The translations under genes were made by a program, and so were the position numbers. The notes beneath the pieces were generated by a model. The model ran no database searches and was not told the origin of the DNA. It saw nothing but the letters and a program-made list of their open reading frames with translations. From Octopus sinensis (Eukaryota): a stretch of 64,000 bases of DNA. Shown here in pieces: positions 40,241 to 53,430 of the stretch (positions within the stretch are counted from its first letter, which is position 1; each line of letters opens with the position of its first letter). The DNA is taken from assembly GCF_006345805.1 (NCBI RefSeq), contig NC_042999.1, positions 18,104,001-18,168,000 of the forward strand. The letters run 5' to 3'.

Positions 40241-40801
40241 ATGTCTTTGATACATTATGTAACATTTATCTAGCTGTAGGAGCTGCTCATGTAATAGAAA
40301 ATATAGTGCGATTTGCAACAGAGAAAACGCTACATAGTTGGTAAATCCCTAGCTATATTGCTAAGTAAGGATATTTTCTTTTAATCTATAAAAAATGTCG
40401 AGGTAGTCTTAAAAAGTACTTAAGTGATATAGAAATGCGACATATGAATAGTAGAAAAATATACCCCCAAAGGCAGAATGCAAAAGAGAATGCACCATTT
40501 GTGCGATTTGAAATTACAACGTTAAGATTTTCACTAAAATAATGCCATAAGAATCCCTGAAACAATTTCTGCTACACTATACAACTTACTCTATTAATCC
40601 TGTCAAAATCGAAAACCAATACAAAACATATTCTTCGTAGCCCAGTCTATTGTTGAAACTCACAAAGAAAAAAATATATATGTATCTCCGTGTCAGTGTG
40701 TATGTGACTATACAAAACCCACCCAAACAATTATGTGCGTATATGTATATATGCATGTATGAACGCATGTATATATGCGCATGTATCCGGGTATATATAT
40801 A

Positions 40802-40868
<67 letters not shown>

Positions 40869-42357
40869 AATGTATGTACTTTCATGTGATTGCGTTCTAG
40901 TGTATGACTAAATATGTATGCTCGGAATATATACATATACATATGGAATAAATCAAACGCCTCTTCCCTTCGATACAACACTTTGCGTCAATACTGTAGA
41001 TGTTTCCATCTTTTTAAACATCTTTCACCTCTATATAGCCGAAGGTATTTCTTTTATAGTTTTTATTGTACAGAATAGGATTATTCACAGAGAGATATAA
41101 CTTTTTAATGTTTGTAGGAATCCAAAACCTTCAGAAAAATATATGCAAAACATGTTCCTAGAAATAAATAATTCCTGCTAGATATTGTTTAGTTATATTT
41201 TTTATTTGTATTCACTCAGATGTGTTGCAATTTTATTTTCTTTATTGAGAAACTTTTATAATATATATTTATGAGAAAATACACAAAAGCAGTAGGAGTT
41301 AGAAAGAAAGCGTTGACTAGAAACTCTATATGACGCTACAGGTTGTATTCACATTAATATCCCGCTCGCTACGATTTCTGTGTCGAATTCAACATCATAG
41401 AGGTGTGTGTAGCGTAATTTACAAAGCAGAAATGAAAATATAAAATCATTATTATAAATCACCTGTGGAATTTCGAACCATACAATATATATCAAGTTTT
41501 CAAAAATATCATGCACTTGGGAAATGATATTTTGAGGTTTTTCTTTTTAACGTGAATGTATAAAAAAGATATAATGTCATCCAAGATTCATTAGGATATA
41601 TGACACTTATACGCGGCCCTACGTAACATGAATTTATGAATTTATTATTCATGAATTCATGTAATAACAGAAAGTAACCAGCCACTCGAATTAGAGATTG
41701 AATTTGATAAACAAAATTATATAAACATCATGTGAGACGTCATTATGGATCAGGGCAGTGAAAGGTCAAGATACCAGAACAGATGAGCACTGTATTGTAA
41801 TGTATAGAAGCGTTTCTTTTCGCTATACCAACAGTGAAGCAGAAGATTTACGCCTTTCAGATATAAAAACAAATGTGGAAGAAACAAGAAAGGAAAAATC
41901 TGAGAGGGCGAATATTTTGTAAATTTCTAATAATTTCACTTCACCCCACTCAGCCTGAAAAAGTATTCCTATTTATATGCAATATTGTTATACATATAAT
42001 CAAACAGATTTATTTACAATTAATTAATTATCTGACGTTATAAACTATAGCTACAATTTCTCCAAGTTTGGGAGAGAAAGGGTAGGAGAAAAAGAAATAG
42101 AAATATAAGGATAAACAACGGGTAAGAGAAATAGGAAAACTAAGACACACGTGCCGCAGTCACCAACGCATACACACTCATAAACATGTATGTATATAAT
42201 TACAAGGGAAAGAAAAGGAAAACGACTGTGATGTTAAGGGACATACATGGATATGAAGGCCACAGGACAGAGTCATATGTGACACAGACGCGTTTCTATA
42301 TATGTATATGCAAGTATATGTATATATATATATATACATAATTATATATATCCATAT

Positions 42358-42386
42358 CTATATCTGTCTATCTATCTATCTATCTC

Positions 42387-42466
<80 letters not shown>
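42358..42466. repeat. (TATC)n
   Basis: Direct inspection. Confidence 0.95.
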
Positions 42467-43753
42467 GACACGCGCTGAGACTGCGACATCTCCGGCTCTA
42501 TGTAGACGACGGTGAACAGGTGTGGTCGCCGTTTGTGAGGCACGCATTCCCGCAACTCGTCTCCATGACCGAACTACAGTCGTGGATCAAAAAGAGGCCG
42601 AAGAAGGGCGAATGGCACCGCGAGTGTCGCGTTGCTCTCAAGCAACTCTGCCGTCCCGGGTCGACCTTGAGTGACTTCAACACAACCAAAGCATTCTATA
42701 GGGGATTAGTGGAGGGGAGGTACGACGACGAGCTCGGGGCAAACCTGGGCGTCGACGAGGAATACCTGACCCGCCTGTTTCAAACGACTTTCGGCCGGGA
42801 CCTATGGACAACTTCCAGAGATCCCTGGCCTGGCGGTGCTACCGAGAAGCGCTACCCGTTCGGGATAAGCTCTATAGGCATGGCTCGAGAAACACGGGGC
42901 CGACCTGCCCGAGATGCGGGCAGAGCGACGAAACCGCTCTGCACGCAATCGTGCAGTGTCCAGCAATTTCCCACCTGTGGGCTTATGTCGAACGACTGCT
43001 GTCACGTGTGGGACGTGTCGGTTTATCAGCCGAGTCTATCGTTAATATCGTCACGCCTCCTTCCTTCAAACGGAAGGAAGAGCTATTTTTATCACACTTG
43101 TGGCTATGGCGAAAGAATGTATCTGGTGGACGCGTCTGAAAGGATTAGAGACAAACACTTTCCTCTCTGGTCAATCTCTCATCAACTTCTTCAAGTATCA
43201 CTTGAAGAAAAAAGTGAGAGTAGAGAGGCAAGTTTTGTCTAGTGAATGTTTTAAAAAAAGATGGGTGAATGTAGCAAGAATGGCACGTATGAATGACGAA
43301 GCCACCTTGACTATGATTCTATGAACCGTAAAAATTAATACAGAGAGTTGCTTATTTGCAAAAAAAAAAAAAAAAAAGAAATATAACATGTGACTTCATT
43401 GACCGAGGTTACCGTGGTCTTTTCCGTAGGCTTTTCTTTCCACGGGTAAACCTCACCTGTCCCCCCCTTTACACTTCATATTGACATTTCTGTGATAACG
43501 ATCCCTATTGATCAATTTTTTTCCTCCCCCCTTTTTTTAACCCCCCCTTTTTTTTGTCCTCTTTCTCTCCTTTTACGATCCCTTTTGATCGACCCCCCCT
43601 TTTTTATTTTATTTTTATTTATTTATTTTTTCTTATTTTTTATTTTTTTTATTATTTATTTATTTATTTTTTTTTTTTAAACCTTCAAAAGAAAAGCTCT
43701 ACCTTGTAATTTGTTCTATCTGTGTGCAGCCCTGTGTGGCTAATAAAGAAACA
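42467..43753 (+). mobile_element. 5'-truncated Tx1/L1-clade LINE: ORF2 C-terminus with CCHC knuckle plus 3' UTR
   Basis: Three overlapping frames join into ..SLAWRCYREALPVRDKL..TCPRCGQSDETALHAIVQC..W.. ending at 43324. Two 1-nt frameshifts, no internal stops seen. 3' end TAATAAAGAAACA followed by (TATC)n. Confidence 0.85.
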
Positions 43754-43830
43754 TATCTATCTATCTATCTATATATATATATTATATATATATATATTAT
43801 ATATATATATATAATATATATATATATATA

Positions 43831-43887
<57 letters not shown>

Positions 43888-44178
43888 GTGGCCCAGTGGT
43901 TAAGGCAGCGGACTCGCGGTTGGAAGATCGCGGTTTCGATTCCCAGACCAGGCGCTCTGTGTGTTTATTGAGCGAAAACACCTAAAAGCTCCACGAGGCT
44001 CCGACAGGGGGTCGTGATCCCTGCTGTACTCTTTCACCACTCTTTCACCCACTCTTTCTTCTGTTGGCCTGCTCGCTTACCCAGCGGGGTAGCGTCGTTC
44101 GAAGGCTAAAACAATGCAAACGCATTGTGACCAACGATGTGTAGCAACATCTGATGGTCTGGTCGGTCAAGTGATCAA

Positions 44179-44183
<5 letters not shown>
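43888..44183 (+). mobile_element. Family B1 SINE between (TA)n tracts
   Basis: Matches 61274-61587. Confidence 0.9.
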
Positions 44184-44220
<37 letters not shown>

Positions 44221-45334
44221 GAATTGATGCAAAAAGAAAATGCATTATTGATTTCCTTTGTATATCGATTGCAAGTGGAAGAATATTGAATTCCCATTTA
44301 ACATGGGTGTCGGCGTTATGTGTTACAGACTCGTACTTTTTGGTAGAATAGATCTTCATTGTTTAACATTAAGTACGATAAAAAACAGAGAAATTCTATC
44401 ATATAAAATCTAGTCTTCTCAGTATTTAAAGAACAAATAATGTCGGGTTCATTATTAAATATACCATGTTTATCCGAACACTTATCATATAAACCTGACT
44501 GACTTTATTCAATTTATGTCGTTTGTGTTGTGTTGCTATACCAAGCCGTGCTTTCGATCCCTTCTTTACTCAGATTCCAATTTTTCGTTATGGAAAATAT
44601 GCTCTATACAGCGTCACGCTAGTAGTGACCTAATCCTCCTTGTGATATAATTGACATGTGTCAAAGTACATGAGAATCAAGCACGTATCAAATATTTCAA
44701 GATAATTTGTATTCAAATATTTCGAAAGACCTCTATTCAAACCAAAACCCTTCCCAATAAAAATGTAATTAGAAAGCTGCAAAATATATTTGGAAGTGAG
44801 CACGTATCGAATTGTATAAACTACCTTTACGGTTTGAATATTTTAAAGTTTGCCCACGAAATAAACTGCACAAACCATGTGCACAAGGTGAATTAGAATA
44901 TATCATTAAGAGAAATATATCAGTAATTTATTTGCTGCCTAAGTTGAGACTTATAATATTATGGTTTTGTGTTGTCATATTAGATATGAGATGAGACTAG
45001 TGTATTTAAAATTAAATGGCGACAGACTTCATGCAGTATTATAAGCGTAATAAGGACAAAAGTAAAGCAGCGGAAATCAAACGTTTAGTGTATTGTCTAC
45101 AGGATTTATTGGAAGTCAAAGAGATGGTTTGGCTTGCGATATGTGCAAGGCAAAGATAAATCAAAAATTACCGGATGTCGACTAAATAAATAACAATAAA
45201 TCAAAAACAGGAATTAAGATTAACGACAACGCTGATCCTACAGTAAATGTGAATACAAAATCAGAATACCAAACCAATATTTATAGACGGTGTGTGTATA
45301 ACAACAACAACAAAAACAATAATAATAAGCTTCA

Positions 45335-45480
45335 GTGATTGAAAGTATTATCATGTATATTGTTTTGTCTTGGTATAAAAGAACAAATATTTTGCTCAAT
45401 ACAACAGATGTGCTAGTCAGTTGTATGACCTGAACCAGTTGAGCATGTCCCTCAGTAGCTGACGATATGTGTACACCTGA
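45335..45480. mobile_element. Fragment of the unclassified element at 23933-24543 (left part)
   Basis: TTGTTTTGTCTTGGTATAAAAGA..CCAGTTGAGCATGTCCCT.AGT.GCTGACGATATGTG. Confidence 0.7.
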
Positions 45481-46010
45481 AACGCTGACGCATTTTGCCT
45501 TCAGTCATGATATATATCACCGTCCCGTTCTGGTGACAGCTGTGGTCCAGGATTTTTTTTATTTTCGGGTCTGATCTGGAGAAGTATCTCCAGGTAAAAC
45601 CCTGACCAGTCCTCTTGGTAGTTCTTGTCACCTCGGGACAGTATCCACGCCCTCCACGATTACGCATCCCAGAAGACACCAATTATTTAGTCCTGGGGGA
45701 TTCTAGGAATGCGGACACGGTCTGTACCTTTCCCCATGTGGGAGGAGTACATGATAACTTTGCTGCTTTTGCAGGGGGTCCTTGAATGTTTCACAGCGGG
45801 GGGTTCTGATTTAAACAGCACCGAATTGGTGCCGTATTGTTTGCCCCTCGCTATGTATTCGATGTCATTTCTTATGCACCTCAGTACCGCCTCACTATCT
45901 ACTTGCGCTGTCAAAGCCGCTCTCTTTTGTGTCTGCTGAGATGCATCTGAACAGCAACGTGTTTCTCTCCACTGCTTCAAATCCTCTGATGGGAACGTCA
46001 GATTTACCTA
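45481..46010 (-). pseudogene. Decayed coding fragment, possibly L1/Tx1-type ORF1
   Basis: GC-richer, protein-like minus translation (SEAVLRCIRNDIEYIARGKQYGT..RVRIPRIP..IYIMTEGKMR) with stops and shifts; family assignment is a resemblance only. Confidence 0.35.
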
Positions 46011-46231
46011 ATTGTACTATTGTTTAATAAGTTTCCATGCCTCTGAGAGCATCTGCTCTCTATTTCTAAGTTCTATGGTATATCGGAATTTGGTGTTGGC
46101 TGCTGCTGCTGCAAAACTATTTTTGATATTTTTATTTGTAGTTTTTCTTATTTTTGTTGCTGTCCCTGTTACTGATGCTGCTGTTGTCTTTCTTATCGAT
46201 GTTGTTGGTATTGGTTTTGTTGTTGTTGCTA

Positions 46232-46632
46232 TACTCTTTTACTTGTTTCAGTCATTTGACTGCGGTCATGCTGGGGCACCACCTTTATTCGAGCAAATCG
46301 AACCCAGGACTTATTCTTTGTAAGCCCAGTACTTATTCTATCGGTCTCTTTTGCCGAACCGCTAAGTGACGGGGACGTAAACACACCAGCATCGGTTGTC
46401 AATCAATGCTAGAGGGACAAACACAGACACACAAACATATACACACACATATATATATATACATATATACGACGGGCTTCTTTCAGTTTCCGTCTACAAA
46501 ATCCACTCACAAGGCATTGGTCGGCCCGAGGCTATGGCAGAAGACACCTGCCCAAGAAGCCACGCAGTGGGACTGAACCCGGAACCATATGGTTGGTAAG
46601 CAAGCTACTTACCACACAGCCACTCCTGCGCC
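46232..46632 (-). mobile_element. Family C SINE, full length
   Basis: Full-length match. Confidence 0.9.
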
Positions 46633-46782
46633 TATCGTCAATTTTGGTCTCATTATTGTTATTGTTGTTACTATCACTACTGCCACGGCCGTTGCTTTCG
46701 TTTACGTCGTTGTTGCTGCTCTCACTACTACTGCTGCTATTGCGGCTGCTGTCAATGTTGCGGCAGCTGCTATTGTCATTTC

Positions 46783-46967
46783 TTATTTCTTTACTGCCCA
46801 GAAGCAGCTAAACACAGAGGGGACAAACAAGGACAGGCAAACGGATTAAGTCGAATATATCGACCTCAGTGCGTAACTGGTACTTAAATTATCGACCTCG
46901 AAAGGATGAAAGGCAAAGTCGACCTCGGCGGAATTTGAACTCAGAACGTAGTGACAGCAGACGAAAC
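46783..46967 (-). mobile_element. Family A SINE lacking 5' head
   Basis: Ends near GCAGACGAAA, the same breakpoint as the array units. Confidence 0.8.
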
Positions 46968-47404
46968 TGCTATGGTCATTTCTTTCGCTGTTAGTGCTTC
47001 TGCTACTATTGTTTCTACTGTTCGTTTTACTTTGTACCACGGCAGTCTTGTTCTTCTCCTCCTCCCCTCCCCTGCATTGTTGCCCGTGACAAAGGGAAGG
47101 GGAGGGAGGTCTTAATGTATTACCATATTGTTAGGAAGGTTTTTTTTGTTTTCCTCAACTCTTTCAAAACGCGCTCTACCATCTTGTTGAGTTGTATGGA
47201 TTCCATTGAATATTTACGCCCACCGAATCTATTTGTAGGGCCGAAAATCGCCGGTTTAGGGTTTACACAATATAAAGATCTAGTAATAGATTCCTGTTGC
47301 TTCTATTCACAACTGCGAATGAAATAATTATTGCAAAAAACACCAAACCGGGTAAAATAAATATTTTGAACTGAACTAACTTGGAGTGTCCGAAAATATG
47401 TCCG

Positions 47405-47500
47405 ATACACTATGAGTTTCTTTGCCCTAGGAGTCGGGAAAACACTCGGCAAGAAATGAAAGCAAATTTGAAAGAAGAAAAAAAAGTAATAATAATAATG

Positions 47501-47551
<51 letters not shown>

Positions 47552-47783
47552 GGTTTAAAACAAACTTTTTATTATTATTTATTTATTTACTTTATTTTAT
47601 TTTATTTTATTTTATTTATTTATTTTTTAATTTTATTTTTATGTATTAGACATTCATTAGTACAACACCAAAAAAAAACAAAAAACAAATATATGGCACA
47701 GAACTTCCAACCTGTTGTCTCTTGAGGTCTCTGGGTGAGACTTGGAGCCAACTTGTACAGACATAAAGCGAAAGTCAAACATA

Positions 47784-47785
<2 letters not shown>
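47405..47785 (+). mobile_element. Family X 3' end, (AAT)n, then family Y (Dong-like) 3' UTR, followed by (AAT)n
   Basis: 47405-47486 matches 35197-35280; 47552-47785 matches the 3' UTR at about 35727-35907. Confidence 0.75.
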
Positions 47786-47837
<52 letters not shown>

Positions 47838-48524
47838 TAATGATGATGATGATGATGATGATAATAATAATCCATGGATAAGAAGCTTTTATATGCATAT
47901 TCAAAACGTTCCCGTAAACAAACTTAAAAGATGTATACTTTTTTTGTGGCTATGGTGTATGTGCGCGCGCATATGTATGTGCGTACATTAGATCACAATA
48001 TGTGGATAATCTACGATATGAGCTGAGTACCGCCGCAAATAAACCACACACGCGCGCGTTTTGTGGTATTTGTGCATACAACGAAACAATATTCTACAGT
48101 TGATTCAAATGTAAATAAGGATGGGGGATGATTAATTTGTTTTACTCGAAATATATATTTTAACTTTATCACATTACCATTATCATTAGACAATAACATG
48201 TTTTCTATGCAAATCATAATTTGCTTTGCATTACTGAACTTGAATGAAACTAACATATTATAAGATGGATAGGAAATTTTATAAATATATATTCAAATGT
48301 TACTTTTAACAATTCGGTTGGTAAATTGCGACAATATTCTATAACATTATGTTATAGAAATTAATATGCACAAAGACTATATATAATTTCCCCTGAGTGC
48401 GCAAATGAAGCATAAATGTTGATTCTTGCTAAAATTATTTACGTTAATGAAAATCGTAGAGCCGTGTGTCACGTTGATATAAATATTTGTTATATTCATA
48501 TATAAAAATAAAAAAATAATGAAT

Positions 48525-48771
48525 GCGCCCTTTTAAAGCCTGGTCAGGCTCATGGGCCCGGTTTCCCGGTTTCTATGGCGTATGTGTTCCCCAGCTAGAC
48601 GGGACGCCAGTCCATCGCAGCGTTACTCATTTTTGTCAGCTGACTGTACTGGAGCAACGTGAAATGAAGTGTTTTGCTCAAGAACACAACGCGTCGCCCG
48701 GTCCAGGAATCGAAACCACAATCTTACAATCATGATGCTGACACGCTAACCACTAATCCACGCGCCTCCAC
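48525..48771 (-). mobile_element. Family D SINE (Meta/V-SINE-like domain)
   Basis: Minus GTGGAGGCGCGTGGATTAGTGGTTAG..GCGATGGACTGGCGTCCCGTC..AGAAACCGGG. Confidence 0.8.
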
Positions 48772-48812
48772 AATATACATATATATATTACTATTATTAC
48801 CTACATTATGTA

Positions 48813-49039
48813 GGGCGGTGAGCTGTCAGAATCATTAGCAAACCGGGAGAAAGGCTTAACAGTATTCCGTCTGCCGTTTCGTTGTGAGTTCAAATTCCAC
48901 CGTGGTTGACTTTGCCTTTTATCCTTTCGGGGTCAAGGAAATAAGTACCAGTTACGTACTGGTGTCCCTGTAATCGACTAGCCCCCTTCCCATAAAAAAA
49001 ATTTGTCAAGGCTTTGTGCTGAGATTAGAATTAATTATA
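48813..49039 (+). mobile_element. Family A2 SINE with 14-bp TSD
   Basis: TSD ACCTACATTATGTA at 48799-48812 and 49040-49053. Confidence 0.85.
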
Positions 49040-49567
49040 ACCTACATTATGTAAGAAAAATTATTGCTTCTTACATTACGGACGTTATCAAACGAAGGCA
49101 ATGCTGCTTTTGAAGAGACAACACATCAAACCATAAAAGATCATCGTGCAGTGGGTATCACTAAGTATAGGAATGGAATCATTCACTTTAGCCTCTCGTT
49201 TTATACCTAACCAGAAAATTTTAAGAGTAATCCATGCGAATATTTTTAGGCTTATACAATATGAGTCTGATGATTTTTAGACACCACATAAATAACTACC
49301 TCTAGGTAGAGAATATATAATGCCGTACAGTTTTAAGTAATATTTCAATGCGAACACTATACTAAATTTTGTTGCAATAATACCATATATTTAATTTACA
49401 AACTGAAGCTGAAAAGTGAAACAATTTAACTGATTTGAAAAACAATTAAATGAATTGTAATCGTTTCTAAATATGTTCATATATTTGTTAATGTTTAGTA
49501 TGAATGTTTATATCCGTCACGATACTTCTGCAGATATTTCAATCTTTATAAGTGCCTCATCTCAAAC

Positions 49568-49791
49568 TACTAGGGGAACAAACATAGACACACAAACATA
49601 TACACACACACTTATATATATATACATATATACGACAGGCTTCTTTCAGTTTCCGTCTACCAAATCCACTCACAAGGCATTGGTCGGCCCGGAGCTATAG
49701 CAGAAGACACTTGCCCAAGATGCCACGCAGTGGGACTGAACCCGGAACCATGTGGTTGCTAGGCAAGCTACTTATCACACAGCCACTCCTG
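49568..49791 (-). mobile_element. Family C SINE, 5' half
   Basis: Head to internal microsatellite. Confidence 0.85.
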
Positions 49792-49854
49792 TTGTTTAAA
49801 TATAAATATTCTGAACCTGGAATGTACACACATATGCATAAATATATGTATTAC

Positions 49855-49956
<102 letters not shown>

Positions 49957-51189
49957 GTACATACATACATATATATATATACATACATACATACTTACAT
50001 ACATACATGCATACATACATACGTACATACATTACTATTGAGAAATTGAATATCATCTTACGCTATAAACTTTGTATTTTTCTGTGAAATTTGAATATCC
50101 CAGACAAAATTGAGAAGAAAATTTTATAAAATATATAAACATAAAATTAGTGTATGTAATATGAAAGACAGGGCGTAAAGGAAAAGCAGAGTAGAAACAA
50201 ACGAAGAAAACATAAACTGAAGTTATTCATTTAACTTCTTATAATCACAGCAGGAAAGTCTACAGTGATAAATATTATCTGAAATATAACTTGTAGCAAA
50301 TCCCAAGACACCTTGTTAAAATCTTTAGCTCATCTTCCATAGTTGTAGTGTAGACATTAACGAAGAAATGTAGTAATCAATACATTTGAATGGAACAGCA
50401 AAATAGAAATAATAAAATATTAAAAGAACGCTAATATATCGAACATATAGAAATGAAGATTCCATAATTGGCTTGAAGCCATAGGAGAAAATATGTTAGA
50501 TAAAGGTACTTGGAAGCATGCCACTAATGGTCTCACAGTCAGAAATATCCAAAATGGCGGTCAATGATTGCAGCAATAAAAGGGCTAAGCAAGTTGAAGT
50601 ATAGCCTACAATTAACATCTAAGATGTAGAATAAATCTTTTCCAAGTTCAATCAGTTACTAAGAAAAATGAATAAATTATTTATATGAGACTGTTCGGTT
50701 GAGCTTGTATCCGTTGTAATAATACAATTTTAATTAAAAGCTTTAGTGCTATGAATATCTTCAAAGTGCACACGACACATCATGTTATTCTCATTTACAC
50801 ACATTAGCATAGATTTTTCAAATGCTAATATATCAGAGATCATAAAATACATTGAATATAAGATCATTCATGAAAGTATATTTTCTTGAAGTACTTTTAT
50901 AGGTCTGGCCAAACACACAAATAAAGACACGGACATTCATATATAGGAATCTGTAGCTAATGTTAGTCTTATGAAGAACAACTTCGAATTGTGAGAAGTT
51001 GGCTGTAATCCTTTTCGCGGAAGTAATAAAGGTAGGTTTGAATCTTTTGGCACATCTAGAAACAATCATGCATTTTCTGTCATTTTCAAACGGGGGAACA
51101 CAGATTTTATTAAACGACACCATAAAAGCACGAAATCTGAGCAGATATCTTATGGCAAAACGGTTTAACACTTCATTTTTATTTAGTAA

Positions 51190-51413
51190 CTAGCAGTATC
51201 GCCCGGCGTTGCTCAGGTTTGTAAGGTAAATAACTATAAAGCATTTTTAGAGAGTTATAGCCAAAAAATAGCAAAAGAATGGAAAAAAAAATATGGTAAA
51301 TTTTTTTTGAGTTAAAAAAGGTGGAGTTGCGGCCCCTAGACGGTCTGTGGTTTGGGTTTCTGATTCTCGACCCCATGTCAAATTTATCGATTTTTTTCAG
51401 AACTGGGGGAACT
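51190..51413 (-). mobile_element. Non-autonomous Helitron 3' portion, third variant
   Basis: Shares the terminal ~100 bp with 512-907, then diverges. Confidence 0.7.
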
Positions 51414-51624
51414 GTATATGTGTGTCGTGTATGTATATGTGTGTCGTGTGTGTAATAGGGTCATTATACACTTAAGATAACACTTAAGACAAGAGCAATT
51501 ATTTAAGAGTCCAGAAATTTATTATTAAAATGGTTTTAATTAATTCTACATAATAACAATAAAATGCAATGGTAAACAACAGTAGGTTAATTACCGATAG
51601 TGTTCGAACTGCAAGCCACCTGCC

Positions 51625-52197
51625 CTTTTGCCAGCTTGGCCATTTATCATCCTACTACTATCATGCCACACCCGCATTATTTTCCTCTTCTTCTTCTTCT
51701 TCTTCTTCTTCTTCTTCTTCTTCTTCTTCTTCTTCTACTTCTCCTTCTTCCCCTTCTTCTACTTCTCCTCCTTCTTCTTCTTGTTCTTCTTGTTCTTCTT
51801 CTTCTTCTTCTTCTTCTTCTTCTTCTCATTCTTCGTCTTCTTCTTCTTCTTCTTTCTTCTTCTTTTTCTTCTTCTTCCTCTTTTTCTTCTTCTTCTTCTT
51901 CTTCTTCTTCTCCTTCTTCTCATTCTTCTTCTTTTTCTTCTTCTTCTTCTCCTTCTCCTTCTTCTTCTTCTTTTTCTTCTTCTTCCTCTTTTTCTTCTTC
52001 TTCTTCTTCTTCTCATTCTTCTTCTTCTTCTTCTTCTTCTTCTCTTCTCCTTCTTCTTCTTCTCCTTCTTCTTCTTCTTCTCCTTCTTCTCCTTCTTCTC
52101 CTTCTTCTTCTTCTTCTTGTTCTTCTTCTTCTTCTTCTCATTCTTGTTGTTGTTGTTGTTGTTGTTGTTCTTCTTCTTCTTCTTCTTCTTCTTCTTT
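51625..52197. repeat. About 570-bp imperfect (TTC)n with short (TTG)n
   Basis: Direct inspection; source of the 292/238/202-aa low-complexity ORFs. Confidence 0.95.
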
Positions 52198-52889
52198 GCC
52201 AAGAATTCACAACGGCCTCGAACCAACAAGCCATAAACAAGAGAGAAAGAGACAGGCAGAAAGAAGGAAAATGCCGGTTCTATTTGAATTTTTGCTGGTC
52301 TTTAGTCGAGATTTGAAACCAAGACATACACACACACACACATGTATATATATGTATAGTAGAAGAATAAATAGAAAGTCCTTCGCACAGTATTATATAT
52401 TTGAAAAAATGAACAGGAATAGCTATTCTCATAATTTTTCAGGGTAATAATTATATGTTTATAAGTTTACTAAAGGTGACTCTGATAAGGTGTTCTCCCT
52501 CAAAAACGGTGTTTTTCAAACTGATATTTTAGAGTTTGCTATTCACTCTTTACATAGGGACTGCTTAATTGCAAATATGCAAACATACTACACTAACACA
52601 TACACACAACCACATACATTTATCCATCTATAAACAGCTATTGAGAGAGATACGCTCACCTACATATACACACATACTCACATACACACACAAAAATCAT
52701 AGGACATCACACATACACAATCGCAGAGCAACAGAAAATACATATGCATGTATTCATTTGCATATATTAATGCATATATACATACATGAATAAGTGAGGG
52801 TGAAGGAGTAGAATAAAGAAATGGAATTTTCTGGTGTGGTCATTTTCGTATGAAATATTTCTATAACAGATCGTTAGCCTCTACACATT

Positions 52890-53062
52890 CTTTATGATCT
52901 TTCCCTGTTTCTTTCTGTGTTCCTTTCTGTGGAAGAGCGTAGGCTTGAAACGTTAAAGACTCTTTCACTTCCCGAGCGTTATACTAATACATCTGTTTGT
53001 TGTCTACACCACCTGTCTTCGTCTTTTGTTTTTTGTTCTTTTTTGTGAATTATCCCTATTTC
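52890..53062 (+). mobile_element. Penelope-type solo pLTR-like fragment with hammerhead-like motif
   Basis: CTTT CTGTGGA A GAGC-GTAG-GCTT GAAA CGT T AAAG at 52923-52958. Confidence 0.55.
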
Positions 53063-53207
53063 TATAAAGCCCTGTTAATGGCAAAGGTAACTCACAGCAT
53101 GTCTACTAACCAATATGGACGCTAACATACACAACTACACACACACTCACCCTTCCCTATATATATACAAACCCACCCACAATCACACCGACACACATTT
53201 ATATATA

Positions 53208-53430
53208 TTCTTTTATTCTTTTAATTGTTTCAGTCATTTTGATTGTGGCCATGCTGGAGCACCGTGTTTTAGTCGAAGAAATCGACGCCTGGACATATTC
53301 TATCGCTCTGTTATGCCGAAGTGCTAGGTTACAGGGACTTAATCACGCCACCATCTGTTGTCATTCGATTGTGGGGGACAGACACGGACACAAACATACA
53401 AATATATACATACATGCATATATATATATG
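53208..53430 (-). mobile_element. Family C SINE 3' half, diverged
   Basis: Tail and body up to the internal (TA) tract. Confidence 0.75.

Noticed and set aside
50430-50610. Possible third RTE 3' end (KWRSMIAAIKG)
   Set aside because: Only one short motif; too decayed to list as a feature.
51569-52447. Longest ORFs (292, 238, 202, 156 aa)
   Set aside because: Translations of (TTC)n giving poly-S/F/L/K/R; not genes.
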